A program made the translations under genes and the position numbers. A stretch of 64,000 nucleotides of DNA from Trichoplax adhaerens (Eukaryota; Animalia; Placozoa), in NCBI RefSeq assembly GCF_000150275.1, contig NW_002060976.1, positions 191,626-255,625 of the forward strand, written 5' to 3'. Under the pieces are notes generated by a model. The model was not told the origin of the DNA. It was given only the letters and a program-made list of their open reading frames with translations, and ran no database searches. Positions 28,721 through 43,479 of this stretch are shown one piece after another; position 1 is the stretch's first letter; each line of letters starts with the position of its first letter.

Positions 28721-29845
28721 ATGGAAAATTGCATTTCTGCAAATTGTTCAAATCATAGCACACTCCAACCAGCAAATGTTTCGTCACGATATGAAATTTA
28801 TAAGATTTTCAATATCCTTTATGCTATTATTTCAGCCTTAGGCATGACAGGTAACGTTCTTGTATGCTGTATTGTTACTAAAACTAGGACCTGTCAATTT
28901 CAATCCACCGAAATGTTTATACTGAGCTTGGGAGTTACTGACATGCTTGCTAATCTGGTCGTTATCTTTTTGCCGGATTTAATAATACCGAATAGTTTAT
29001 ATCCGTATCCTATAAAACATCTTGCATTTTTTTGCCCATTTATTGGTTCTCAATACCTTTTATTTTATTTTGGATTTACATCCCTTTATACGATGATGGC
29101 AATAAGTTTTGAACGCTGGTGTGCTATTGCTTTTCCTTCTCGATATCGGTCTATATTCAAAGCTACCAACGTCAAAATTACAGTGGCTTGCATCTGGATA
29201 TTAGGTTTGCTATTGCCAATTGACAATTTACTTAGATATGTGGAGAATAAAAACGGAAGTACACCATGCCATTTTATCTTGCTAAGTAATGATCAATCTT
29301 TGGATTTAGCAGTTTACTTAACATTGGAAATTACTCGGGTATTTTTACCAGCTGCAATAATTATTCTTATTTATTGTGATTGTGCCAGGCGTATTTGGTC
29401 TACAACAGTTCTTCGTCAGTCGAGCATAAGATCAAACAGGGACGTAAAAATTCGCAAAAGAGTAACATTAATGGTGTGTACATCCGCCATCGTATTCTTA
29501 ATGTGTTGGCTACCAAATGAAATCTACTTCACTTTAATCAATTTTGGTTTGGCAAGATTAGAATCCGTTGGACATCGATCAGCAAAGACGTTGATAATTT
29601 TAAATTCATGTCTTAATCCATTTATCTACTTTGCTACAAATTCCAAATACCGATTGGCTATCAGGCAGGCGTTTACGTGTAAAAAAGGGGTTGCCTCTTC
29701 TCCTACTTCTTTAATAGAAGTAGAATGCAAAGCAGTAACTATCATCAGGTGTAGCCAAAATTCGCCTAAACCAGTAAAGATAACTTCACTTACAAAGATC
29801 AAAACGGACATCGAGCTTCATCTAGCCGATGTTTGTGAATCGTAA
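28721..29845 (+). CDS. Rhodopsin-family GPCR, intronless, ~374 aa; paralog 2
   Basis: 7TM with GN, LGVTD, ERW, CWLP and NPFIY; N-terminal N-glycosylation sequons (NCS, NHS, NVS); first in-frame ATG at 28721; clearly paralogous to 12951 and 43480. Confidence 0.93.
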   Translation: MENCISANCSNHSTLQPANVSSRYEIYKIFNILYAIISALGMTGNVLVCCIVTKTRTCQFQSTEMFILSLGVTDMLANLVVIFLPDLIIPNSLYPYPIKHLAFFCPFIGSQYLLFYFGFTSLYTMMAISFERWCAIAFPSRYRSIFKATNVKITVACIWILGLLLPIDNLLRYVENKNGSTPCHFILLSNDQSLDLAVYLTLEITRVFLPAAIIILIYCDCARRIWSTTVLRQSSIRSNRDVKIRKRVTLMVCTSAIVFLMCWLPNEIYFTLINFGLARLESVGHRSAKTLIILNSCLNPFIYFATNSKYRLAIRQAFTCKKGVASSPTSLIEVECKAVTIIRCSQNSPKPVKITSLTKIKTDIELHLADVCES

Positions 29846-32800
29846 ATATCTGTCATATACAGCAGCAATTTCATCCGAAGTAATGAACTATCACGCTAAA
29901 AGTAATCAGAAATAGAATTATTTTCTTAATTAGCATTACAAAGTTATAGCTATTTTTAATCTCCCTGTGTAAGTTAAAAACTTAGCCTAAGCCATTGCAC
30001 CTTCATTCTATCAGTAATATTATAAAATGTCATGAATGAATGATACCGCATACAGTAAATGAATTATTATCGATAATTTTTAATGTTTAAATCTTAGCTG
30101 CCATTTCACTCATACGAATCGACTATATAAGAAAAGTTAAACTATCTTCGACAATTATTCGGAGTATAGATATTATAATTTCAGACCTAGTCAATGAATA
30201 TTTAAACTATTTATAACTTCCAATTCTTTTTCGCTAGTAGGGTAATCTTATAAAAACGTCCAATTCAAGCGTATGGGATCTTGAAAAGTTAATCTAATTT
30301 TCATTATAACCCAATATTTTGCCATCATAGGATTGAATTTTGATTGTAATAGTCAATTTGATATATTTTTCATTTCGACTTTATGGTTTTCTAAGCGATC
30401 CATAACATTGAATCACAGCATCATAGCAGTATACTTGGAATTTCATCCTCCTTTCTAATATAATATGTCGAGAATAATGCGATAAATTAATGACCATACG
30501 TATTTCTCGATATTTATATTACCTTCTAATTTTATTCCAAAATATGGCTATAAATATAGATTTTATAAGATTATTTAATGAGCTGTACAAGTTCATGTTA
30601 ATAGAGAGAAAAATAAGAATGAAAAGGATCCATAAAGTATATACATCTTATCTTATATCGAGACTATTTCTGTCATGTGCATTATAGAATATATTCTAAT
30701 TTAATGGCTCAGAAATTAAAAAAAAAGATAAATAGATTTCATTGTTTTTACCGCTTTTGCGTACTCTATTATTTACGCTATAAAATGTTCTGTATTACCT
30801 ATCCAAAATTGCTACGCAGTAAAATTCTGAATATTTAATTACAGCTATAAATTAACGGTTAACAATATTTTGGATAAATAAACAAATAATCTGTTAATTA
30901 CCCCCAAATTCCCTTAAGCTTGAATGGGAGAAGTTTACCTTAATTACAGTTCTCGAGCAAATTATGCTGTATCGAAATATTTAAGATCTCATGCATAGTG
31001 ATCCAAAAATATCTTTTACTGGTAAAATAATCTCTTGCCATTTTTATTACAAATAAGGAATGCTACAGTACACATAGAAGCATAATGGCTTATGGTTTGT
31101 GCATTTTTTGCTGCAATCATTTCTTGCATTATTTATTTTAGATTTAATTGACTTTATACATTTATAGTAAAACGGCGATTGTTATGTTCTTCAATAATAA
31201 GTTCACTCCGTGAGTAAGATTGATAACTGCATTTTATTATTAGTTGATCGGTATTTATAGCCACACGAGGTTACACCTCGATACGATTACAGTTTATACT
31301 TCGCTCTACAATTAGAAACTTATCAGTCCGCCTTTTTGCAATGTTATCACCTACTGTATTACAATTACTACCGTACAATCATCACATACGTACATATATA
31401 GTGTTTCCTTTATTTATGCCTTTATGGTTAAGATATCGTATTTAATCTATTACTAACTATATATACAACAGCGATACTTAGAGCAAATTTCATATTGCAC
31501 AGCACGAATGATAGCATTGCTTATTTTTTCCAAATAATAGCATCTACCGGAAATACTATTAGAATCTTGTAAAAAAATATCGATATAAGCTACGTGCACA
31601 ATAAATCTGGGTCTAATTTCTTTAGTATGAACTATTAATCGCGGCACCGTAGAAGCAAAAATGTACCATAAATTAAAATTAATTGTATTAGATAATTTCT
31701 AATAGCTGCTACTATTTCTTGCAATTAACTGTGAAAATAAAAATACTATTAACTGAATGAACTTAATGCAACCGACAATCAAAAGCAACTAATACGATAG
31801 AAGTTTCATTCTTAAAATTACCCTGTAAATGAATTAAGCGATATTTAAATAAATACTACCTCATGAAGTTGTAAAAGCGATAAGTGAATGATTATTTGGA
31901 TGTGTTGCCTTCCGTTAAAATAAATAATGAGAAAAGTTTGCTAAATGAATTCATACCATTGAGGTTAGCATGATTCGGATTCTGGAGTGAACAATGCAAA
32001 TATATATGGATTCTAGGTAAAGGTATTTTAAATTTATTTCTGATTATGGCTTAGCTATGACTTACAACACGATTTTTTAAATTATTTGGGAGTTAGAAAA
32101 ATATTTCTTGCGAAGCAAATGATCATGCAAAGCCGGCAGCAGTTATAATTATCAGTTGATTCCTCAGTTGTTCACTAGCAAAGCATCTACCATAGTCTGT
32201 TACATATAGAATTACTAAGACATCGTTAGCTAAACAAAAAATAGAAATATTAAGTTATTTAGCACTCAATCAAATACTGTATTAAAGATGCTACAGTTCG
32301 TATTTTGACTTCAGCAAGAGAATATCCTGTGTTATTTTGCCATTGGTATTTGATGTAGTGCAATACAATTTATATTGATCTGTTAATTGTTACCTAGTAT
32401 TTATAAATAGTAGTAAGAGCTTAAACATTAGTTTAATGATTCAAATCACGCCGATTTTCACAACAGTATATCTAAATGACACAGACAAGTTATTCAAATG
32501 CCAAAGTTGTGGCAAACATCAGATCCATTTTGTTTTCAACGTCATTGAAGTTAAATACGGCAGGTTTATGCTGACGTACTGATACTGTTTATTGCAAAAT
32601 TTCTCTGCTAAAGTAAAGCTATTTCTTCAACTTAAATATGATAAAAGCAAATTCTCAATATGGCCTGTATATGATCGCCTTAAAATACAATACATATTAG
32701 CTGGCGGAAAACTTTTCCCGGAATTAGTACCCATAAATTATGAATTCAAAATCATATTACTTGCTGATAGATATTAGATTTCATTAATTTTATTTCTCAG

Positions 32801-33466
32801 ATCGACTTCCAAGATTACTTCTCTTTAATTAGACTAATATTTATGCATTAGCTTTATCTAATCCAGTAATCATATATAAAGTAAAGATCAGCAACAACAG
32901 TTTACTGATACCTAAATAACGCTAGTCTAATAATTTTTAGACAATGTCTTTACTGAACTAAGAAAGATCTGTAAGATAAATAACTAAACATTATCGAGCT
33001 ACTTCGTGAATGCGAAATAAATGGTAACGTGCTTTATAACATAGGAATATGAGAACGAAAATAAATTAGTGTTTAGATAGATTGATACCAGCCCTTAATT
33101 ATTATTATTAAGAATTCACCTAGCACAGAATGTATGAGCATCTTACTATCTTGTTGAATTGTAATTATTTCTTAGAAGTACATGCATCCTTCCGGCAATA
33201 ATGCACAATGCCCACTGTGCATGGCTTAATAAAATAATTTAATTAGATAACTTAGGGTAATTTTCAAAAGTAAAATTTAAAAATTATCGGTCAATAATTA
33301 ATTAATCATATCGCTTTAAATAATTTCGCTCATGAAAGTTATTAGATCAAACCATGAAGTAAAGTCTAAATAACTAATATGTGCCATGCAGTAGAATAAA
33401 ATTTAAAATATTTCAGTTATGGTTTTTATGTACCGTTTTCCTGCATTACGTTAAATACATATTCAC

Positions 33467-33882
33467 TGTGAGGTTGATAGATCAAGAATCTTCAAAACGT
33501 TAGAAAATTAAGATTTATTGAACAAAACCTCGTTTACGAAGGTATAACGTAATCGATTAGCTGAGGACCTCTAACGAGAAAGAACTCCCTTACTATACTA
33601 AACTACTCGCTTATATACTTTTCCACGTTTACAGTCTTAGCACCTTTACTTACTACACACTTCAGTATTAGCATCTCAAATACAGGCTAGTTTACACCTT
33701 TCACCTGAAGCTCTAGTGTGAGCACTGTAGCACTCCTCTTCAAAAGGATTACAGTTACTAAGCTAGCTATATTTAATACTTAAGCCTCTAGCGAGAATAT
33801 CAATCCCATGTTGAACACAGCCCTACGGTAGACATTACTAAATATATCATCAACTTAGAATACAATATTACACTGTCTTACA
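33467..33882 (-). mobile_element. Solo LTR, family C, copy 1
   Basis: TGTGAG...CTTACA inverted termini; flanks TTCAC/GTCAC; near-identical to 45740-46151; TATA then AATAAA order indicates - orientation. Confidence 0.88.
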
Positions 33883-36800
33883 GTCACCACTAAATCAGAG
33901 ATCAAGTTAATTTCTTCTTTGTTTAGAAAAAAATTGAGGAGAAACTGATTTTAAGATATCTAAATGCAAAATTTTTATCCTAGATCTCTGTTTTGGAACT
34001 TATCGTGATACCATATGAATTACTATGCTACGATGTAAAAAATTAACGCCCGATAATAAGTCGTAGTATTATCACAGCATATGTTATATATCTTCTTTCG
34101 GAGAGCTCAAATTACGCCAGCGGATCATAACAATTCGTATATTTTCAAAAATGATAAAATTTATCTGCTTGGAAAGTAAATTTGTATAAAATCGACTAGC
34201 TATTAATTAGACATAGCCATAACCTCGTATACTGTAACCATTATTTATTAATAAGTTAAAAATTGAAATTTGTTTTCCAAAAATCCATTTTAATAGCGAA
34301 GATGAAGCGAAGCAACTTTAAGAAAGTATTTATAATCCAATAAAGGAGAGCTATGTTCAATCGCAATATGAGCATGGAGATATATTAATCGGCAGAATTT
34401 TACTAAACATATATTGAGTATTCGATGGTACTGAGAAGAAATTTTGTACCAGATACTCAAAAGGCAAATGGAATTAAATTTATTATGGAAAATGCCTAAT
34501 AATTTAATTTGTCATTTGTAAGATTTAATTTAATTCAATTTAGATTTATTTTATCATTAGATGATTCGTAAAAATTAGGATGGTGTCCCAATCAAATTTT
34601 CTTCAAATGATTCCGAAGAGTGGAGATGCTGTAGTCACAGTAGATTTTCGTGCTGCGTATGATCTTACGTCAGTCTTTGGTAAATAAATCTTGATCTGAT
34701 GATTTAAATCAGTCCTGGTATCAGCCAATTTATTAAATATGAAGATTTACCGTATATTTACATATCCTTGGATATCAGGCAGCGCTACGCATATAGTTAT
34801 GTAAATTAATATCAAAATCATAATATACATTCTATAATATCGGACATAAAAAATTAAAGGTAAAATAGCATGAAGAATAAAAATATTGCATATGCGACAT
34901 CTTACTGGATTATTATTAGACCTGGTGAATCTTATGTTTTCTGTTCAATTTTAAAACAGTGGTAATGTAAAGAAATAGCTGTTGCGGTTTATCCTATATT
35001 TTAGTATTTCAACCTCTATCTTGCGATTTGATTTGATGTCGATATCAGTTAAAAGAAAGAAGCTTTAAACAAAACAAGCTTGAACCATCGGTAAGAAATC
35101 GACTCGTTGTTATTTAGTGGCCTATCTGGGCAGATTGGTTAGGATGCTTTTGTGCTATAAAACATTTCGAAAATACTGATTTAAAATATATTCGAGAACT
35201 CTTGATTTTGTAAGCTTCTTATTAAACTATTCTCCTCCATTTGTAGGAAAATGATATTAGTTAATTAAGCATAAGTATATTAAGAGATTCTATCTCGAAA
35301 TAGTAAAACGATTTACTGAACAATAAGCAATGTATCATAGTTTTCGGGATCAACAAATATTTAGATCATTACAAATGCTCACAAGAGCTATAATAAAAAT
35401 CTGAAAGAATATAAATATATTAAAGATGAACTGTTTATTACGATAAAAGAATGATCGGTGTAAAAGATAAATATTACAGTTGCGCATCAAATGTATCACT
35501 TCGAAAAAAACTAAGGCCCGTAATTAGATCCAATATTCACGATCGCAGAAACCCTAAGATAGCAAATATTAATTTTATTTTTAAGTTCCCTTTGTATATA
35601 GTTACAGATGCATTCGACCATCACTAGCTAGATTGACATTGGATTTCCATCTATTGTATGTAAGAGCTGGTGTTTTGTTAATACTTTTTAAATCATTCTT
35701 TTTATTAATTGTAATATGCTAACAAATTATAATTATCCAAAGATAATTCATCCTTAACAAGCGACTTGATAAAAGTTGGATGGAGATTGGGCAAAAGTAA
35801 GACTTTGAATATCTAGCAACTTGAATGTTCAAAAATTCTTAGAAATGACGGAAAAATTTTTATAGCATAATTTTATTCTTAGTCAGAGTGTTCTGGTATT
35901 AACTTACCCTTATGATAACTTTATAGTACAGCAGTAGCTAATGTAAAAAGTATTCATAGTTGAAGTGCTAGGTAAGATAAGTAATGCATTGACGTGGATA
36001 TTATTTGTGATAGTTTATTACATATTTGATATTGATGTTATTATATGTAGATATTACTAAGATGATTCAAGTTCTAGCTAATGATAGTTTAACTAAACAG
36101 CATAAATGCTGTGATTAAGATTAAGTATGAGCGAGAAATCAAAATACTCATTGACAGAAAAGCTTTATATGGAACATATCATTTCGAGATGCCTCTCTTA
36201 GTGTGGCATAATAATAATACTTTTGATGTTTACAAGTTGGACAATACATATATAAACGGGAACATTCTGAGTTGAGTAGAGTGAGTAGTCACAGATGTAT
36301 CTATGCTAACAAAAGTTTTATCTTTACGGAGTTTGTTGTGTGTGTTTAACGTTTGGCATTAGAGCATTTATGTCAGTAGCTACCAATAGACTTTTACGTT
36401 TCATTTCCGTGTCGCAGAGTTTACATTATGACATAAGGCTAGAATGATTTCGCAACTCAACATGATCCTTAATTAAGTGTTAAACGAGTAAAGTGCCTGG
36501 TCAATAACGTTTCTTTATTCTCCATCTTGATAATTGGATAGTATCATTATAATAGATTTAAACTGTGAATTGATACACACAGCCTACGGATATATACACC
36601 CACTGGTAGACTGTTTAAAAATTTCAGACAGTGAGCTTTGCGTTCATATTGTAATCGTTTTCTTTTCTAGCCACACGTTTCCGTATTCTTCATCTTGATA
36701 GATAGATGCAATAATTATAATAAATTTATATAGAGACTAGTAAACCGCTAAAAAATTTATGCTTAAAAATAAATATACCCCCAACAGCTTCTCGGTTTAA

Positions 36801-36974
36801 TATACTGTATATAAGTGGCAGTAGGCAGCCTCCTGATCCGTAAAGCTGTCAATACTGTACCATTATGCGCTATCAGTATAAATGTTGGTATTCTATCGTA
36901 GTTTACTATATAGCACAATAGTACCGCGTTCTGCGCGTGAAATACTGTTTTTGGATGCGGTGCTCGCACTATAG

Positions 36975-37746
36975 TATGACTAATAGAAACATAAGTCAAT
37001 CACTTACTACGAGTTCGGCCTTCTCAGCCAATCAAATACCATCGTTTATGGACACACATGAGAAATTGGGACCCAATCTTTTCATCATATTGTATGGATA
37101 TGGATATGAACATGTAATAAACTGTCACAAATAATATCTGCTTCAATGCATCACTTATCTTACCTAGCGCTACAAATACGAATACATATTGTATGAATAA
37201 TAGAAAGATAAGCCAATCAGTTACTATGAGTGTGGCCTTCTTTGTCAATCAGATAATATCGTTTGCAGACGCACATGAGAAATTAGGACCCAATCTTTTC
37301 AATATACTGTATTGTATGGATATGGATATATAATAAAATGTCATAAATATTATCCTTGTCAATGCATTACTTATTTTACCTAGCACTAACAATATGAATA
37401 CATATTGTATGAATAATAGAAATATAAGTCAATCGGTTACTATGAGTACGGTCTTCTCAGCCGATCAGATACTATCGTTTGCGGACGCACATGAGAAATT
37501 AGGACCCTATCATTTTAATATACGGTATCGTATGGATATGGATATATAATTATCTGTCAAAATAAAGTTCGCGTCAGTGCTTTATTTATTTTACCTAGTA
37601 CTACAAATATGAATACATATTGTATGAATAATAGAAACATTAGCCAATCACTTACTATAAGTACGGCCTTCTCGGCCAATCAGATGCTATCATTTGTGGA
37701 CGCACATTAGAAATTAGAACTCAATTTTTTTAATATATAGTATGAA
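36975..37746. repeat. Tandem repeat, ~216-bp unit x ~3.6
   Basis: Unit starts (TATGAATAATAGAAA-like) at 36975, 37192, 37408 and 37623. Confidence 0.9.
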
Positions 37747-39209
37747 TGAACTTAAAGGAGCCAATTGATCATGATGTAAAAATTTTATTCAATTTAATCT
37801 CAATTCACTTAAGAAAATTTTTGATAGATTTATAACAATCAATTTACTAATCATTTCTAACTAATAATAACTTTTATTTTATGAACGTACCACAGCTGTC
37901 TACGTAATAGTCACTACCATATTAATGCATAAGTATTTAAACATCAAATCCATTTCCTTGCATATTCTTAATGCAACTGAATTTATTCACCAATTTAAGC
38001 ATCATTTAAGAACTGAAGGATATCTTACATATTATTCACGATTTGCGTGATATTTACTATTTCAGATTTAGAAACAGACTAATGGGTCGTATCTTCAAGA
38101 ATTGGAAAAAAAATCTGAGCATTATAGCTGTTCTTCGCCTCTTTATTTGATATTTATATCTTGTTACGTTCACCATTTCATGCTGTTAGCTTAATTTAAC
38201 TTAAATTCAATAAAGATATGTAATGATAAGCAATACAGTAATAAAATTATAGCATGCTAAGGAAGATAAATTGCTTAATGTTTTAGAATATATTTTAGTT
38301 TAAATCATTCAATATCAAATAATACCTGACATTCATGTGAGTTTGCAATCAATTTACTTCTTCAAATTTTAAAGTTTTGAATTTCAGCTTATAACTTAAG
38401 ATAATGGTGAATGCCCTTTCTTCAGCCTCCAAGTGAAACGTCAGTTTAAAGCACAGTATCTCCTCATAAATTTAAAAGTTCATGCAGTGTAAGAACTTAG
38501 ATACCAGTATGCAAATTGAAATTTCTGCTATTTTAGTGTACATTTCATAACGGAAATATCGTTAATCGCGCCATTTTAGTAGCCGCAATGATGTGAATTA
38601 TAAATTCTACAATTTAATTACACTTTGGAAGTACGATTGTACAATTTCCTTCATTATTTTTTAAGAAAAAAACGAATGGCTAAACAATATTGCAGTTATA
38701 GAAATTGATCTTTTCTTATATTGCTAATCATTATTTTGTTTTGGCTTATGGCATCTATATTATATAATATTTATTTACAGTTCAAAGTGCATTTACTTCT
38801 AAAATGGCACATGTGACAAGAACTAACTTTTTTTTATTTCCTTATAAATAAAGAATTTAGGATAATAAAGCTACCTTTTGTAACACCTTCAAGGGTTGAA
38901 CTATCTTCGTATGTGCAAGAGTCGTAATTTTTTATTTCTGTCCGCGTCCTAAATGACCTCATTTTATTGCCAGTGACTTAAAATTAATTACAATAACTGA
39001 ACAAGTATCATCGCAACAAAATATAAACAAAAATAAATGGAATAATGGATTAATTCTTTGAAAATATGATTTATCATAAAATTGTCCACATATACAAAAA
39101 GCAAGAGTCTAAGTCACACTTCTTTGGAAATTAACTTACAACATACAAATTATATTATTCATTTGAATGGCAATATTGAATATTGGGTGCAAATAATAAA
39201 ATTTTCCGT

Positions 39210-39410
39210 GAAGAAGCAATTGAATAAGCTGATTATACCAGATGCAACAATGTAATCAATTAAATTAGATCATTAATGAATAGCATCACTTCTCTTAATA
39301 TTATGAATGTATTTGATCCTATAAGGAAGCAACTGAACAAGTTCAGTTTGCTCGATACAACAATACAATCAATTAAATTAGATTATTAATAGATAAAGCT
39401 ACTTTTCTTT
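39210..39410. repeat. Diverged tandem duplication, ~113-bp period
   Basis: GAAGCAA.TGAA.AAG...CAACAAT..AATCAATTAAATTAGAT.ATTAAT occurs at ~39213 and ~39326. Confidence 0.7.
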
Positions 39411-39994
39411 AGGTTTTGATTAATTTCATTGAAAATATGATTAAAATTTAAAAAATATCAACTATTGTCAAGTGGCCTGATAATTGTACTTCCTTTTTAT
39501 TTATATTTGTTTCAAAGCAATGAATGTTGTAGCAACTGGTCAATAAAACTAATTGTCTGATGATTGATAAGTTATAACTATGCAATTAAAATCATACGTC
39601 CATCGTCAGATATCTAAATCAATCGATACTTATAACATTTAATTTTAAATTTATCCTGCTATAATAATTGCTGCTACTTTAGTCACCAGTCTTTAGATAG
39701 CCAAAATCATTTAGTAAAAAAGCAAAGAAAAACTTTCAATAAAATCTACAATTTAGATCACTTCATATCGTTATTAAATCGGCATTCGGCCAGGCTTCAG
39801 AGTTAATTAAAAAGGTAAATACGTTCACTTTTTAGACAAATAATGATTTTTTCTTGAATTAGAATGTTTGCACTTATGCTGTATTATACGGTAAGTGATA
39901 GTAATATTTGATCATCATGGCCATAAAATGTTTAATTTAATGCATATCATTACCTCGTTAGATTTTTGTAGCAATCGCAATTATGTTTAACAGG

Positions 39995-40624
39995 TGTTAC
40001 AGTCTTATATACTGTATTACAGTAGAAATATCTATGTTAGGATAATTCTGTTAGCCTATCCTTATTTAGTTAAATTCTAATTTGGATACACTGTGCTTTA
40101 ATATAGCACTGACTTTTTATGACAGTGACACATATACACATACTGAAATTAATAGTTATAATAGGGAATGCAAATCATTCACTTATAGTTCGAATCATTG
40201 TGATTATAACTTACTTATGGTAGATAGTAAATTATCGTGGAAATGTTCCGTGATAGGACATATCGTAATCTGACTATTCTGTATTAGTCATCAGATGTCT
40301 ATGTTCGTAAATACTGTTATCTGCATTAAGGGAAAAGTAGCTAAAATTAATATCTAATTCAGTAAATGATTCCAATGTTAATTGTACTAACTATGACTCA
40401 TGAACTATTGAGGAAGAGTATGTAAATGCAGTATATCGTGTAATAAAGTGGATTCTTAAACTTAGTGTTTAACGTAAAATATGAGGCGTTTAAGTCTTCG
40501 TGTAGTCTGCTAGTAGAGCAAAAAAGTGTTTCTGATAGTGCAGATATCGTTCCTTGATACGTGGTTCAAGGAATTGACTTATTGATCGTATTACATTATC
40601 TTGTTGCAAAGCTGTTTCGTGACA
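39995..40624 (+). mobile_element. Solo LTR, family A, copy 3
   Basis: TGTTACA...CGTGACA termini; flanks ACAGG/ACAGA; full-length match to 1300-1928. Confidence 0.9.
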
Positions 40625-43479
40625 ACAGAATCCCGTAATACTCCTCTATTATAATTACAGGAGATAAAATAATAAAAAGCAAATTACTGTAAGTTTTGAT
40701 ACGTTTTATGAATGCTATATCAAAGATAATTTAAATTTAATCCATTACCTCTGATACAATTGGTCAATAGGCCTTAAGTCCTTTTGTCACTTTCAGACAT
40801 CAAACTGTATAGGAAATTTTGTCTTAATTTATTTTAAAGTAAATCCCAGGCATTTAAGATAAAAAAAATTTTAGTGATCTATTACTCTAGATAACATTAG
40901 GTGATGCAACCAACCATTAAATAAAATACTTAAAATAGAGTAAGTTACAAAAATTCTGAAGACTTAAACTAAAAATAACCTTTAATTGATATTTGAATGA
41001 AACGAATTAAAATAGTAGGAGTTTGGTAAATATCAACTTCTGCTGTAAATCTGCCCGAAAATAATATTAATGATATTTTACAGTAAAAATTTTAGTGGTT
41101 CAGCTTGACAATGTAAATTATAGCGCTTTATTCCATCAACTTCATAGTCAGCTACAATCGATATTGTTTGGATACAATTATTGATAATATAAATAAAAGG
41201 TTTTAATTAAACTTAGATATGGACACTATTTGTAACAAGTACTGAATAGTCTAAATGCTGCAGTAATCAGAAGATAAATTATTACATATACTATATTATT
41301 AGAGCATTGCAGGTAATAAACAATTCTCAAACGGTCGTTTATCATAGGATTATTCACTGCATTTAAATATTTAAAATAATACGATACATCAGATTTAGGA
41401 CTGAAATGCTGACGAATTTGTACACCTGTCGTTAAAGATATAAAGTAATTGAAAGCTATTCTTATCTATTGAATTTCAGAGAGAGAGAGAGATAATATTT
41501 AGTTGCCTCCTATGTAATCGTATTATAAACTATTACTTTCTGATATTCATTGCATTTCCTATCTGTACTTGATTTCTATCTAATAATTATTTTTTGCATA
41601 GAATTAAAAAATTGACCACCTATGATCAATCATACGTATTATTAATAGTCTTAACCTTAGTAATCGCATGTTTAATTTTATGCTGAGTGGCCATTGGTTT
41701 AAAATAGACAAGAAGACAAGAACAAAGTTAGAAATTGTATTTAACATTATTATTATGATGGTTTTTAGGCGCACTATTCATGACATCTTAAACCTGATCT
41801 TCATTGACTATATTAAACGGCATACCGAATTCACTAACTCTAAGTTATGATTACAACTTACAAGATTAAATCGTAAATGACCCTTATTTAATCAGTACCG
41901 TAACTTACTGAAATATTACAACTGACAATTACATCAATTTAACCAGCATTACTGTAGTTGATGCTATCGCTATTTCAACTCTAAGATCGAATCACTTCGA
42001 CAGAATTACTATACCATTCGTAAATATAGTATATAATTAGATTTGATTTAATATTCAAATTTAAAAATTTATTTTTTATCGTTCACTCTGAAATGCATGA
42101 TTTTTCTTCTTTTATATTAACCTTGATCATCCAAGCACTAGCAATGATGCAGTAGAATTTAAAAGGATATAATTAAGCAAGAAGTTTGTTCTAAAGTTTT
42201 AAAATAACTATCAAAGTATTGATTTTATTGCACAAAAGTAGTAGTGTTGGGACTATTACTGTAATGAATTAAATTAGATCTTAACATACTTTGATTTATG
42301 AAATTTAATACCAATCCTTGGTTTATTAATATTAAGATTTTGCATTGTTAATACGAAACTCATTCTATAAGGTGCCCAATGACGTACGTCACCCTATGTT
42401 AGTTTACTATTCAAATCGCTAGAAATATTTTCAAGCAGGAAACAGTATCTTATTTCTGAAATAAATTTGATTATAGTGGATGAATTTACTTATAGGGCGC
42501 TTACCTAATACTAACTTATAAATAATTTGATTCTAAGTCTAAGTATTACTATGGTAATTAGTAACCAATTTAAATTCCATCTTAACTGATTTCGCGTACG
42601 CTGATATCATGAAAAGCTATTATAAATTGCATATATTCGAATCGTGTATTTCTAGTCTATTAATTATACGTGCACTCAACCGATTTTGTATCGTTAATTT
42701 GAATTAAAATGAAGAATTGTAAGTTAACATATCATATCAAAGAACTAATTGCAAAGTAAATTTTAACTAATTAATTCCGTAAGCGTTCCAGGCTACATGG
42801 TAAAAGAGATGGAAAATGTAATTTATCAGTAAATCTATCTACTTTAAAAACGGGATCCTGACATAAGATATAATCGGATTGAATCTTTATTATAATTCTA
42901 ACTTGCATAACCTAATATCTTGTAAACAGTATTTAAGACTCTTATGTCTTCAATGCGTAGCATTAATAGCGCTAATTCTAGCTAGCAGTCGTTATCATTA
43001 TCAGTTATTATAATTAATGAGATATGCAATCCCGTAAAACTCGCTGTTGTCTTTTAGTAGGTCTTCCATAACATCAAAATAATTTTAATGTAATAAGATT
43101 AATATCAGGCTAATCAATATGTTTATCTTATTTACTTTTCATATAAAGAAACTGTAAAATACGTCACAATTTCAAAATCTTAGTCAACGCAAATAGCTTG
43201 ATTAATGATCATTCTGAATTTCGATAGCGGAATTTTTTAACAACATCAGTGCTAGTTAACAATTTAAATTATCAGAAAAATCTAATAATATTTGATTACT
43301 TGATATTTTCAAAGATTTCACATGCAATAAATAGTATCTGTATATCTAAGCTCTTTCATTTATTACGACTATAACATACTGGAAGTAACCATTACTTCTG
43401 CAGCGACGATTTAAATTTCATCTGACATGCTTTTATAATAACTCTTTCTAGTACTAGATATTGTAAGGAGAATTATTAA

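Noticed and set aside
36006-36433. LTR-like stretch (TG...CA, TATA box); similar hints at ~930-1180 and in TSR3 intron 2 (~55740-56017)
   Set aside because: No TSD and no second copy in the window, so boundaries cannot be supported.
37024-37248. Hydrophobic 74-aa minus-strand ORF
   Set aside because: Non-ATG start within the 216-bp tandem repeat; the ORF track shows no matching ORF in the other units.
42383-42394. Perfect palindrome TGACGTACGTCA (CRE-like) ~1.1 kb upstream of GPCR3
   Set aside because: A single short palindrome with no counterpart seen upstream of the paralogs; may be chance.
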